Assembly: GCA_964010765.1 (NCBI GenBank)
Contig: CAXGMD010000045.1
Span: 1 to 28,122, forward strand
DNA from: an uncultured bacterium
GTDB lineage: Bacteria; SAR324; NAC60-12
DNA: 28,122 nt
Direction: 5' to 3'
Of the stretch, positions 7,033 through 15,638 are shown one piece after another (position 1 is the stretch's first letter; each line of letters opens with the position of its first letter). The notes beneath the pieces are model-generated. The model was not told the DNA's origin and did no database searches. It saw only the letters and a list, made by a program, of their open reading frames with translations. Both the position numbers and the translations under genes were made by a program.

Positions 7033-7794
7033 TCAATGGGCATCCATCGTCCAGCAATCCCTGAAAGACCTTCGGACATTTGGCAAGATCGAGTAGCATA
7101 ATTTCGCAGCTCGCAGCTCTGGAATAATGTAGCGACCATTTGTGACGATGGCCCCAGTGAGATTAGCATGGAAGAGGTTTGCTTCTTCAAAGTTCGCCTT
7201 CACCAAATTCGTATCTGAGAGATTTGTTCTTGTAAGCGTTGCCCCCAAAAGAGTTGCAGGAGAAAGATTGGCCTTTGCCAAATCAGCATCTGTCAGGTTG
7301 GCGCCAGAGAGATTGGCGCCAGAGAGATCCGCTTCTTTCAGTAGGGTTCCCTTGAGGATCGCATTACTAAGATCAGCATCCCTAAGGGTCACTCCAGTAA
7401 AATCTGCGTTGGAGAGATCAGATCCCGAAAGATTCGCCCCTGGCAAATAACTACCAGACAAATCTGCTCCTTGCAGATCCACTCCTGATAGATTTGCGCC
7501 CTCCAGATTGCAACCTGTCATACTCGCTGAGAACAAGTGAGCCCCTTGCAAGTTGACCCCAGTCAGATTGCTATTGTTCAAATTCGAACCCTCTAAATGA
7601 GCATTTGCCAAGTTGGCATTGCTCAGATCAAAATTGACGAACTGGACCCCCGCCAAATTTCCAGCTGCCAGGTTACAACTCCGGCACTCCCGATCTTCAG
7701 CGAGTCTCTTGGTCATGCTGTAGTCCATTGAGAGTCCCTGACCTGAATGGAAGGCAAAGAGAGCCACAAGCATGATCATTCGATAATTTGCCAT
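7033..7794 (-). CDS. Secreted pentapeptide-repeat protein
   Basis: Signal peptide, CRSCNL cap, long A(D/N)LxG pentapeptide tract; SD GGAG upstream. Confidence 0.92.
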   Translation of the reverse strand: MANYRMIMLVALFAFHSGQGLSMDYSMTKRLAEDRECRSCNLAAGNLAGVQFVNFDLSNANLANAHLEGSNLNNSNLTGVNLQGAHLFSASMTGCNLEGANLSGVDLQGADLSGSYLPGANLSGSDLSNADFTGVTLRDADLSNAILKGTLLKEADLSGANLSGANLTDADLAKANLSPATLLGATLTRTNLSDTNLVKANFEEANLFHANLTGAIVTNGRYIIPELRAAKLCYSILPNVRRSFRDCWTMDAH

Positions 7795-8086
7795 TTTAAT
7801 CTCCGTGGCCTAGTGGGAATGGAAAGGGCATCCAACTGCTCAAGTCACCACCTGCCCCTGAAACCTAGATTGGGCAACTCTCTTGACATAGCTAGATTTC
7901 GAATAAGGGCTAGACTTAAGATCTGTATCCTACCACGATCACATAATCAATTCAGCTATTCTCATGAGCTTGGTACGTCGTTCAAGCGGAGATCTTTTGC
8001 ATGGAAAGATAGGGTAGGTTTCAGGGAGATGAGAGGATGATCCTTGGCCCATACTGATTTGCTGACAAGCAAGCCAGGGAGAAGCT

Positions 8087-9625
8087 TCAGGCATTCACAG
8101 TGGATTTCAGTCCATAGGTTCGCAGGCCCAAAAGACGAGTTTTGCCCCCAACCGTGCTGATGGAGAGGTCGTTACTTTCTGGATTGGAGAAAATATTATT
8201 GGTCATAGTGGTCCGACCGTTATCCGTAAAGACTTCAATCGAAATACTGTCCAAAAAAATCCTGACCGTTATCTGAGATTGGCTCGCTGATTCCAGCAGG
8301 CACGTGCGTTTGAGAGCAGAGACATTCCCTGAGCGAGTACGATCAAAGATCATCTCACCTTTCGCTAGGTCAAACTCCAGCTTTGTCTCCTGCTCAGCAG
8401 AACCACGCAGGTGAAATGCAATTCGCTGAGCATTGGTTTCTGACAAATCAAAGCTAGCAATGATTTCACAATGTACTCCGTCGCCAGCAGTGAATGAAAA
8501 AGGTTTTGATTCTTCAATCACGCAGGGAGCGTAGTACTGTTCTTGCTCTCGGAGTTGTTCCACTTCCTGGACTGGTTCACTTGCCAGCTTTCCATCCGGA
8601 CACAGACGGATTTGACGCGGTAGCGTGAGACTACCGCACCATCCCAACTGTTCTGTCTCATAGCTGCCACGGTACCAAGGCATCCAAGGCCATGCACCTA
8701 CCCAAGCCATAATCAGATCCCGACCCTTTTCATCACGAAAGTGCTGAGGAGCATAGAAGTCAAAACCCAAATCGACTGACCCCATTGTCTGCCACTGGAA
8801 ATTCCCACTCTGCTCGTCAAAATCACCGGTCAGGTAAATCACCTGGCGATCCGGCAGACCCATCGGCGAAAACATCAGCACCCATTTACCGTCCAAGGGG
8901 AAAAAATTGGGACACTCCAACATAGTCCCCAGTTCCCCACTGCTCTCAACAAGGTAATTGACAAATTCCCAATTCTTGAGGTTCGTGGAGCGGTGCAGGG
9001 AGACCTTGCCTTGATTCCTGATCTGGCCGCCCTTTGCTGCCAAGGAATTGCTTTTCCTGGTGGAGACCCCAGTAACCATGTACCAGGTGTTCCCCTGTTT
9101 CCAGACTTTGGGATCTCGAAAATCATTTGGATCGATTTCAGGGGGAGGTTCAGCAAGTACTGGATTTTGTTCTGATTTTGAGAAGGTTAAGCCATCAGCT
9201 GAACTCGCCATACACTGCACCTGTCTATCTTTCGTGCAACCTGTATAGAAGAGAATCAGTTCATCCTGATGTTCAATCGCGGATCCGGTGAAGATGCCCC
9301 CACCTTCCCAGTCATCATAATCCTCACTCGGTACCAGTGCTTCTAGCTGATGCTCCCAATGCATCAGATCAGCGCTGATGGCGTGTCCCCAGTGCATCGC
9401 ACCCCACTTCCCACTGAAGGGATTGTGTTGGTAAAACAGATGAAACTTGCCCTGAAACTGAATCAAGCCATGGGGATCATTCATCCAACCCACAGAAGGT
9501 TGAAAATGGTAGTGTTCTCTCCATGGATGCTGTGCAAATGCTGCTTTGTGTTGGGCGACATGCTCTTCTACCCGGTGAATTTTTTCTTGGTGCCGCTTCG
9601 CATCGAAACTCAAAACATGACTCAT
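8087..9625 (-). CDS. Glycoside hydrolase family 32 (beta-fructofuranosidase / sucrose-6-phosphate hydrolase-like)
   Basis: WMNDPHG, WGHAIS, FTGS, FRDPKV, LECP, FYAPQ and D.ISIEVF motifs. ATG 9625 overlaps the upstream stop (ATGA). No signal peptide. Confidence 0.93.
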   Translation of the reverse strand: MSHVLSFDAKRHQEKIHRVEEHVAQHKAAFAQHPWREHYHFQPSVGWMNDPHGLIQFQGKFHLFYQHNPFSGKWGAMHWGHAISADLMHWEHQLEALVPSEDYDDWEGGGIFTGSAIEHQDELILFYTGCTKDRQVQCMASSADGLTFSKSEQNPVLAEPPPEIDPNDFRDPKVWKQGNTWYMVTGVSTRKSNSLAAKGGQIRNQGKVSLHRSTNLKNWEFVNYLVESSGELGTMLECPNFFPLDGKWVLMFSPMGLPDRQVIYLTGDFDEQSGNFQWQTMGSVDLGFDFYAPQHFRDEKGRDLIMAWVGAWPWMPWYRGSYETEQLGWCGSLTLPRQIRLCPDGKLASEPVQEVEQLREQEQYYAPCVIEESKPFSFTAGDGVHCEIIASFDLSETNAQRIAFHLRGSAEQETKLEFDLAKGEMIFDRTRSGNVSALKRTCLLESASQSQITVRIFLDSISIEVFTDNGRTTMTNNIFSNPESNDLSISTVGGKTRLLGLRTYGLKSTVNA

Positions 9626-10416
9626 TGATAAGTGAAACTCAGTGAAGCCCAATAGCTTTTCCAAACAGCCCCGTTCTTCTGTTCGACTTCCAGCATTTGC
9701 ACGGCATTCAGCAGGAAAAAGCCAGAGGCCGTCAGTGGGATTTGAGCTCGTCCTTCAGTATCCGTTCTGACCGTGGTCTCTTCTATGTCACCACCTCGAT
9801 GAAAGATACGAATCTGAATGTCGGGGAGTGGCTCCCCTTGCCAGAACAGCCGTACCGGAAGGCTATTTTTCTGAGTCACATAAGGGTTCTCCTCGGCCAG
9901 TAATTCCAACGGCATTCCCACCAGCTGATCCTGTCCTTCGGCGGTACCACCCACCGCCAAAGCCTTGGCACATCTTACATAGTCTTCCCGAAAACCGAAC
10001 TCGGGCAGACCACGCTCCTGGTGGCGTTCCAACACACCTGTCAGACCTTCGTATTCGATAAATCGCTCAAACTGTTCCTTTGAGCGGTAACGCATATCAT
10101 CTGTGCTCGACAAGTAATTGACGACTTGTAATCCTGGAGTACGGACCTTCATCGCAAAAGCAGGCATGTCGCCCTGCATTCCCTTAACAGGACGCATCCC
10201 TTCTGCATCTCGGATTTGAAACTCTTCAAACCAAGATTTGATGTAAGGTTGTTGATTGCCCTTGAGATGCTGACCGACTCTTAGTTTAATCTTCAAGGTA
10301 TCACCCACAGATACCGATGGATTTTCTGGTTCCATCCAAAACTCATGAGCTTGGAGGGAATTGGACACGATCAAGGCTGCGAATAAGCCCAAGCACACTC
10401 GTTGGAGAATTTTCAT
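9622..10416 (-). CDS. DUF4198 family periplasmic protein (Ni/Co uptake-associated)
   Basis: Signal peptide then mature N-terminus HEFWMEP; GMPLEL..NPY, RTDTEGRA, SYWASLSF. SD GAGGA before ATG 10416. Confidence 0.85.
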   Translation of the reverse strand: MKILQRVCLGLFAALIVSNSLQAHEFWMEPENPSVSVGDTLKIKLRVGQHLKGNQQPYIKSWFEEFQIRDAEGMRPVKGMQGDMPAFAMKVRTPGLQVVNYLSSTDDMRYRSKEQFERFIEYEGLTGVLERHQERGLPEFGFREDYVRCAKALAVGGTAEGQDQLVGMPLELLAEENPYVTQKNSLPVRLFWQGEPLPDIQIRIFHRGGDIEETTVRTDTEGRAQIPLTASGFFLLNAVQMLEVEQKNGAVWKSYWASLSFTYQ

Positions 10417-10504
10417 GAGATTCCTCTGTTTTTCAGACGGACTTAAAAATAATTGGGGGCTTGGAGAGAGCCCTCGGGGGATAAAGCAAGTATTCCATTT
10501 TCTG

Positions 10505-11617
10505 ATGTCCACAGTTTGCTTGATGCTCCTCCCTGGCCTACTGATGGCCCATGAAATTCGCCCAGCAATTGCGACCTTTGCAATGCAGCCCAACGGCAAC
10601 TACTCCATCACGATCAGTCTGAACTTGGAAGCGATTCTTTCCGGCATCGGTGCCGAACATGAAGACACCGATGACTCCCCTAATGCAGAGCGCTACAACA
10701 CTCTACGAGCACTGTCTCCGAATGAGTTGCGTTCAGCATTTCAACCCTTTGAAAAAGAGTTTCTCGAGGGAGTAACCCTGCGCTTTGGTGATGACATTGC
10801 GGAGAGTCCACAGCTTGGACAACTCACAATCCCAGAAATTGGAGATTTGGAACTGGCGCGGATTTCTGAATTTGTCTTGACCGGAGTAGTGCCTTACGGT
10901 GCTGAGAGTTTTGTTTGGCAATGGAAAGAAGCCTTCGGATCAAGCGTTATTCGGGTATTACCGCAAGGCGAAGGGGACGGGGTCTCCTTCTGGCTTCAAA
11001 ATGGAGATCCAAGTGAGCCGATCTCTATCGCAGGAATTGACCAACGGACCCGCTGGGAGCAGTTTCTGGATTACATCATCATTGGCTTTGAGCACATTGT
11101 CCCCAAAGGTTTGGATCATATCCTATTTGTGATTGGCATTTTTCTGTTGAGTTCCCACTGGAAACCTCTGCTGACCCAGGTCACTGCTTTTACAATCGCC
11201 CACTCCATCACACTGGGACTGAGCATTTATGGAATCGTTCAGTTACCCTCCAACATTGTGGAGCCCTTGATTGCAGCTTCCATTGTTTATGTGGGAATCG
11301 AAAATCTCTTCACTCAGAAACTTCAGAAGTGGCGAGCGGCCGTTGTCTTTGCCTTTGGATTACTCCACGGCTTAGGCTTTGCGAGTGTTCTCTTTGAAAT
11401 CGGTCTCCCTCGCGATGCATTTCTGGAAGGACTTCTCGCCTTCAACATAGGCGTAGAATTGGGACAACTGGCAGTGATTGCGGTAGCTTTTGTTCTCATT
11501 GGCGTCTGGGGCAGAAACAGAGAGTGGTATCGGCCCTGGGTAATTGTACCTGGGTCTCTGGCGGTATCAGTGGTTGGGGGTTGGTGGTTTCTGGAACGTA
11601 CAGTACTGGCAGGTTGA
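10505..11617 (+). CDS. HupE/UreJ family protein (putative Ni/metal transporter) with periplasmic N-domain
   Basis: A|HEIRP mature N-terminus; GFEHIVPKGLDHILF, TAFTIAHSITL, FGLLHGLGFA, FNIGVELGQL. Start uncertain. Confidence 0.9.
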   Translation: MSTVCLMLLPGLLMAHEIRPAIATFAMQPNGNYSITISLNLEAILSGIGAEHEDTDDSPNAERYNTLRALSPNELRSAFQPFEKEFLEGVTLRFGDDIAESPQLGQLTIPEIGDLELARISEFVLTGVVPYGAESFVWQWKEAFGSSVIRVLPQGEGDGVSFWLQNGDPSEPISIAGIDQRTRWEQFLDYIIIGFEHIVPKGLDHILFVIGIFLLSSHWKPLLTQVTAFTIAHSITLGLSIYGIVQLPSNIVEPLIAASIVYVGIENLFTQKLQKWRAAVVFAFGLLHGLGFASVLFEIGLPRDAFLEGLLAFNIGVELGQLAVIAVAFVLIGVWGRNREWYRPWVIVPGSLAVSVVGGWWFLERTVLAG

Positions 11618-11642
11618 AGAGTATTTAAGCTAACTCGATTCG

Positions 11643-12377
11643 TTAGATCTGACGCCGTGGCAACTTTGAAAATCGAAACTCTGGAGCTGACAAGCGTTCG
11701 GGCGGTCCAATCCAGGCATAGGCCAATAAGCAAGGTTCACGAATACCTACCGTGATCCGATGATGCTGAGTGGAACGATTCAAGATCAAAGACCCTGGGG
11801 CATAGACAGCATTATCATTCTCTGACCAAGCCCCCGCCAAGGAGATATAGCTCTCCTCAATCTCATCATGACGATGCTGGGGATAGGTAGTCCCCGGCGC
11901 AAAGAGCACCAAGCCCAGTATCAATCCTTCCGCTTGAATCGGACCCTGTGGTCCCATCATCTCGCAATAGGCGTAGCGCTTGGCAAGTTCCCTTGGAACT
12001 TTCTGATAGCCGTACTCCCAGGTGAGTTGGCTCTCCACCCGATACAACACTCGTGACAAATGGGCCAAGGGACCCGAATCTGCCAGATCAAGCGCCCGGC
12101 CCCAGTGTGCATTGACCGGCTTGTTCTCCGGTTGTCTTGGAGTGTAGTAAGGGTTGCTCTTCGTGATTTTGCTGATGGCCTCTCGCACACGCCGCTGATG
12201 GCTCCTGATGATGGCACTACCTCCCGCAGAGCCTAAGCGATAGACCTGGTCAATTTCCTGGAAAACGTACTTCCAGTCGGGTACGTCATTTAATCGAGTT
12301 TCCATCTGGCCCATAGCAGGGGTAAGAGGATTGACTGCTGGCAATTTTGTCGCCGAGGCCAGCTCTTCTTGGCTCAA
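11643..12377 (-). CDS. dddL: Dimethylsulfoniopropionate lyase DddL (cupin)
   Basis: GSAGGS..RRVRE, LTWEYGY, YAYCE..GPQGP, LFAPGTTYPQHRHDEIEESYISLAGAWSEN, APGSLILN..HRIT, EPCLLAYAW follow DddL as I recall it along the full length. Confidence 0.88.
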   Translation of the reverse strand: MSQEELASATKLPAVNPLTPAMGQMETRLNDVPDWKYVFQEIDQVYRLGSAGGSAIIRSHQRRVREAISKITKSNPYYTPRQPENKPVNAHWGRALDLADSGPLAHLSRVLYRVESQLTWEYGYQKVPRELAKRYAYCEMMGPQGPIQAEGLILGLVLFAPGTTYPQHRHDEIEESYISLAGAWSENDNAVYAPGSLILNRSTQHHRITVGIREPCLLAYAWIGPPERLSAPEFRFSKLPRRQI

Positions 12378-12571
12378 GGCCTAGCAGGTCGCCTGCCAGG
12401 CTCCGTGCAGAAAATGAGTTTTTTGCCTTTCGGACAGACCTTCCAAAACTTTGGTCAAAATTTGCTTCAAAATTTCTCTTATTTTCTGCTAAATTACAAT
12501 TTAAGTTGCAAATAAATGAAAATACTTGTCGCAACTTTTAGTTATTTCTTGAATTTTTGCAGGAGAGAAAA

Positions 12572-12769
12572 ATGGATTTCAAACCAAAGAAAAGATTTCC
12601 CAAGAAGGAGTTGAATTACTGGCTTCGCAGAAACTTCACCTGGGATCATAACAAGTGGAATGAACTACTGACTGATCTAGAGCAGCAAGGCTTCACGGAA
12701 TGGGTCGGTAATGCTGCGGGAAGAGATGCCCTTGGCTTATATCTGGAGACCAATCGCCAGCCCGCCTGA
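12572..12769 (+). CDS. Small hypothetical protein (65 aa), divergent from dddL
   Basis: SD AGGAG before ATG 12572; Trp-rich helical sequence YWLRRNFTWDHNKWNELL..LGLYLETNR. Confidence 0.7.
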   Translation: MDFKPKKRFPKKELNYWLRRNFTWDHNKWNELLTDLEQQGFTEWVGNAAGRDALGLYLETNRQPA

Positions 12770-12815
12770 AACACTCGTAAATGCCGACATTCAACACGGG
12801 AAAGGTTCTTTGAAA

Positions 12816-13445
12816 TCAGGCTTGTTTCTGGGCCTGCTCTTGATAAAGACAACCAATCACCCGCGGCACACTCTCTAAATAAAAGATTTGGATCGGCCTC
12901 ACTTGGAACGGCTGGGAGCATATAATCTGATCCATCGGACGGTTCAGATGACAGCCATCCCCCAAAATGGGCTGAATCGGATTCAGACGAGATTGCCAGT
13001 TCGCTACATTTGGATCCGGCGATAGTCCGTGCTCCAGAAAACAGAGCCGTCCACCCGGACGCAGCACCCTCCAGACCTCTTGCACTGCCTGGTACACCTT
13101 TGCAATACTGCAGAGCGTGAAGGTACTCACCACGAAGTCGAAGCTTTCATCTTCCATGGGCAAGGATTCGCCTGAGAGCACATGATGCTGAACAGGAAAT
13201 GGTTTTTCCTCAATCCGTTGCAAGGCTTTCGGAGCCATCTTTGGATTCACATCTACCGCATGCACCTCCACAACATCCTTGGAATAAAAGGGAAGATTCA
13301 ATCCGGTTCCAAAGCCAATCTCTAGTACTTTACCATGGACTCCATGCAAGCACTTCTGCCGAAGTGGATGTAGCACTTTGCTGGACATTGCCCAATCGCA
13401 GAGGCAGGGGAAAACGTGTTGAGAGTAGAGTTCTTGAAGTGACAT
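12816..13445 (-). CDS. Class I SAM-dependent methyltransferase
   Basis: VLEIGFGTG motif I, LPMEDESFDFVVSTFTLCS, RVLRPGG, GCHLNR. Confidence 0.92.
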   Translation of the reverse strand: MSLQELYSQHVFPCLCDWAMSSKVLHPLRQKCLHGVHGKVLEIGFGTGLNLPFYSKDVVEVHAVDVNPKMAPKALQRIEEKPFPVQHHVLSGESLPMEDESFDFVVSTFTLCSIAKVYQAVQEVWRVLRPGGRLCFLEHGLSPDPNVANWQSRLNPIQPILGDGCHLNRPMDQIICSQPFQVRPIQIFYLESVPRVIGCLYQEQAQKQA

Positions 13446-13461
13446 GAAACTCGATGAAGCT

Positions 13462-13779
13462 TCATTCCTTGCTTGTGAGGCTCAAGCGTGTGGAGCAGAC
13501 CTCAATCACGGGATCCACCAAAGTATTCATGATTTCTTCAGTATTGGCCAAGAAGTCTTCGTAGCTAAACAAAAAATCCAGCACTTCTGCATAACAGACA
13601 CACGATTCCTCCAGATTGGCTAATTCACTAGCGTTGAGACGACCCGTGCTCTCCAGTGCAGACTGAATACAACTCGCATTAAATTCTTCGATGTCCGCCT
13701 CAGGCCAATCCAATTCATAGTCCGCCAGCACGATCATGGGCATCAGCAAAAATGCGATCATTAGGAAAGACTGTTTCAT
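13462..13779 (-). CDS. Small secreted acidic Cys-containing hypothetical protein
   Basis: SD GGAG; MKQSFLMIAFLLMPMIVLA signal peptide; C..CxC..C pattern. Confidence 0.7.
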   Translation of the reverse strand: MKQSFLMIAFLLMPMIVLADYELDWPEADIEEFNASCIQSALESTGRLNASELANLEESCVCYAEVLDFLFSYEDFLANTEEIMNTLVDPVIEVCSTRLSLTSKE

Positions 13780-13855
13780 TCTGTTGTCTCCGAAACGGTT
13801 TAGATGAGCTGGCAAAAAGATGAAACAAGTGTCTGCTCTCCTTCCCTCTCCAGTT

Positions 13856-14521
13856 TCAATCTTTCACCTTTAATTGAACCTCGTTCTTTCGCAGAAACGG
13901 CAACGTCCAAGGCGGATCATAGCGAGCTGTGCGGACTGCCCCCTGGACTTCAATCTGTTGGTTCGCTACCCACTGCCTCAATTGTTGCTCTCTTTCTTTC
14001 ATATCATCTACCCCCATCAGTCCGCTAAACTGCAAAACCACAACTTTTTCAGCAGGTACTTCTCGCAATTGTACTCGTTGATCATTTGGAATCGGCACCG
14101 TCTCCAAGTTCCACTTGGAAGGCAGACTGAAGGCCATTCTCCATTGATTTGATTGCTCTCCCTGATCCATCTGAACAGGAGCGGTCATCGCGATGCTTTC
14201 GCTCTCTTTCTCTGCTTTCCCAGCCATTTGAACAGCTGATGAACGCGAGAGATTGTTGCCAAAGATGTAGTCAGCCAGAATTCGGAACCCATCCCCTGAA
14301 GCCTGTTCAAAATCTTCTCCCTCCATGTAGACTTCGGCGACTAGGTAGGGTTGGTATTCACGAATTTCAAATTTCCCATCATGCAGTTTTGTTTGATACG
14401 CTGGTTCTTCCCAGGCCCTTACTCCAACTACCGAACAGGCAGATAAAATCATGTTGAACATCAGCATCCACCCCAGCAAGCGTAACAATTGATTAGACCA
14501 CTTTGATCGATTTGCGCACAT
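13856..14521 (-). CDS. SOUL heme-binding family protein (probable lipoprotein)
   Basis: EEPAY, FEIREY, GFRILADYIFGNN, IAMTAPV, ARYDPPWTLPFLRKNEV; lipobox-like ILSAC. Start uncertain (14551, 14521 or 14467). Confidence 0.9.
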   Translation of the reverse strand: MCANRSKWSNQLLRLLGWMLMFNMILSACSVVGVRAWEEPAYQTKLHDGKFEIREYQPYLVAEVYMEGEDFEQASGDGFRILADYIFGNNLSRSSAVQMAGKAEKESESIAMTAPVQMDQGEQSNQWRMAFSLPSKWNLETVPIPNDQRVQLREVPAEKVVVLQFSGLMGVDDMKEREQQLRQWVANQQIEVQGAVRTARYDPPWTLPFLRKNEVQLKVKD

Positions 14522-14529
14522 TTCAACAA

Positions 14530-15309
14530 TCACTTTATAATGTTTTGCCATAACTCGGGATCTTGTAGCACTCCTGCAATGCCTTCGGAGGCAACTTCCA
14601 GCAACAACTCTCCTTTGGCGGCTGTTGCGACAGAGGGACTCCCGATTACACCATTTGCAGAAACTTCCTTGAAAGAAACCCAGCGGGAAACCCCGGATCC
14701 ATAAAAGGGAATCTCTGGCGTCCCATCAGCCTGATTGAGGATGGACTGATCGACCAGTTCTGGTTCCAAGGCCAACATCATCGACGTTTCTGCTTCACCA
14801 GCGTGACGCACATTCTGCTGGACTTCAAGGATCTCGGCAAACTTCTCAGCCACCTCAGGTAGCGTCCAATAAGTGCCAGAGACTACCCTCAATCCGTCCA
14901 ACTCTCTGACCAACTCCGAACAGATTACGTTCAGAGCAGCAATGTTTCCACCATGACCATTGAGAAGGAAGATTCGTCGAAACCCATGGTGGCGAATGGA
15001 GCGACAAAGATTTCTTAACAGCGCATGAAAGGTCTCAAAATCAAGGGTCAGCGTGCCACAAAAATCCATATGATGTTCAGCAAGCCCACACCAAACCGTT
15101 GGTGTCACCAATATTGGTTGATGTGTCTGAACTTTCAGCGCAGCCCGCCGCGCCACCTCTGTCGCTAGTAGTGCGTCTACCTTGACCGGGAGATGCGGTC
15201 CATGTTGCTCTATCGAACCCACCGGAACAACTACGATGGCATTGGCATCTGCTAGTGATTTCAATTGAGGAGACCGCAACTGCTCCCAATAAATTTGCTC
15301 GATCATCAC
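14530..15309 (-). CDS. Creatininase family amidohydrolase
   Basis: PVGSIEQHGPHLP, EHHMDF.GT, NGHGGN, HAGEAETS, NGVIG.P..ATAAKGE. Confidence 0.92.
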   Translation of the reverse strand: MMIEQIYWEQLRSPQLKSLADANAIVVVPVGSIEQHGPHLPVKVDALLATEVARRAALKVQTHQPILVTPTVWCGLAEHHMDFCGTLTLDFETFHALLRNLCRSIRHHGFRRIFLLNGHGGNIAALNVICSELVRELDGLRVVSGTYWTLPEVAEKFAEILEVQQNVRHAGEAETSMMLALEPELVDQSILNQADGTPEIPFYGSGVSRWVSFKEVSANGVIGSPSVATAAKGELLLEVASEGIAGVLQDPELWQNIIK

Positions 15310-15410
15310 TTATTTCCTCAGCACAATTGAATAAAGATTTTTGAACCCATTAATCATCTTGCTGCATTTTCTAACAAACGCCAATCACTTCGAAAAAATC
15401 TGTTTTTTGA

Positions 15411-15439
15411 TTGACACAAAATATTTCTCTGGTTATATC
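15411..15439 (+). promoter_or_regulatory. Possible sigma70 promoter for the ABC operon
   Basis: TTGACA-N17-TATATC; perfect -35, imperfect -10. Confidence 0.4.
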
Positions 15440-15466
15440 TCGCCCACTCACTATCCCTTAGGCTAT

Positions 15467-15481
15467 TTTGGTAAAACCAAA
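15467..15481. promoter_or_regulatory. Palindromic operator, GntR/FadR-subfamily-like
   Basis: TTTGGT-AAA-ACCAAA resembles the PdhR-type TTGGTnnnACCAA; lies between the divergent creatininase and ABC genes. Confidence 0.5.
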
Positions 15482-15638
15482 TTTTTTGTTTTGTCACTCC
15501 ACGAATAGCTGGCTGAAAAAGTGTGAATGGTCTCCCAAGAGAGAAATTCATTTCAATGAAAGCCCGATTCACATAGAAAGTGAGCCTTTCGGGGGATGCT
15601 GCCCCCCAAGTTTCCATACTCTTTAAAAGGATAAGATC

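Noticed and set aside
6579..7064. ORFs 6579-6914, 6708-7064 and 6715-6990
   Set aside because: They overlap the better-supported 58-aa membrane ORF at 6730-6906 and show no recognisable features.
8308..8320. GTTTGAGAGCAGA identical to part of promoter copy L
   Set aside because: Lies inside GH32 coding sequence and the rest of the element does not align; likely chance.
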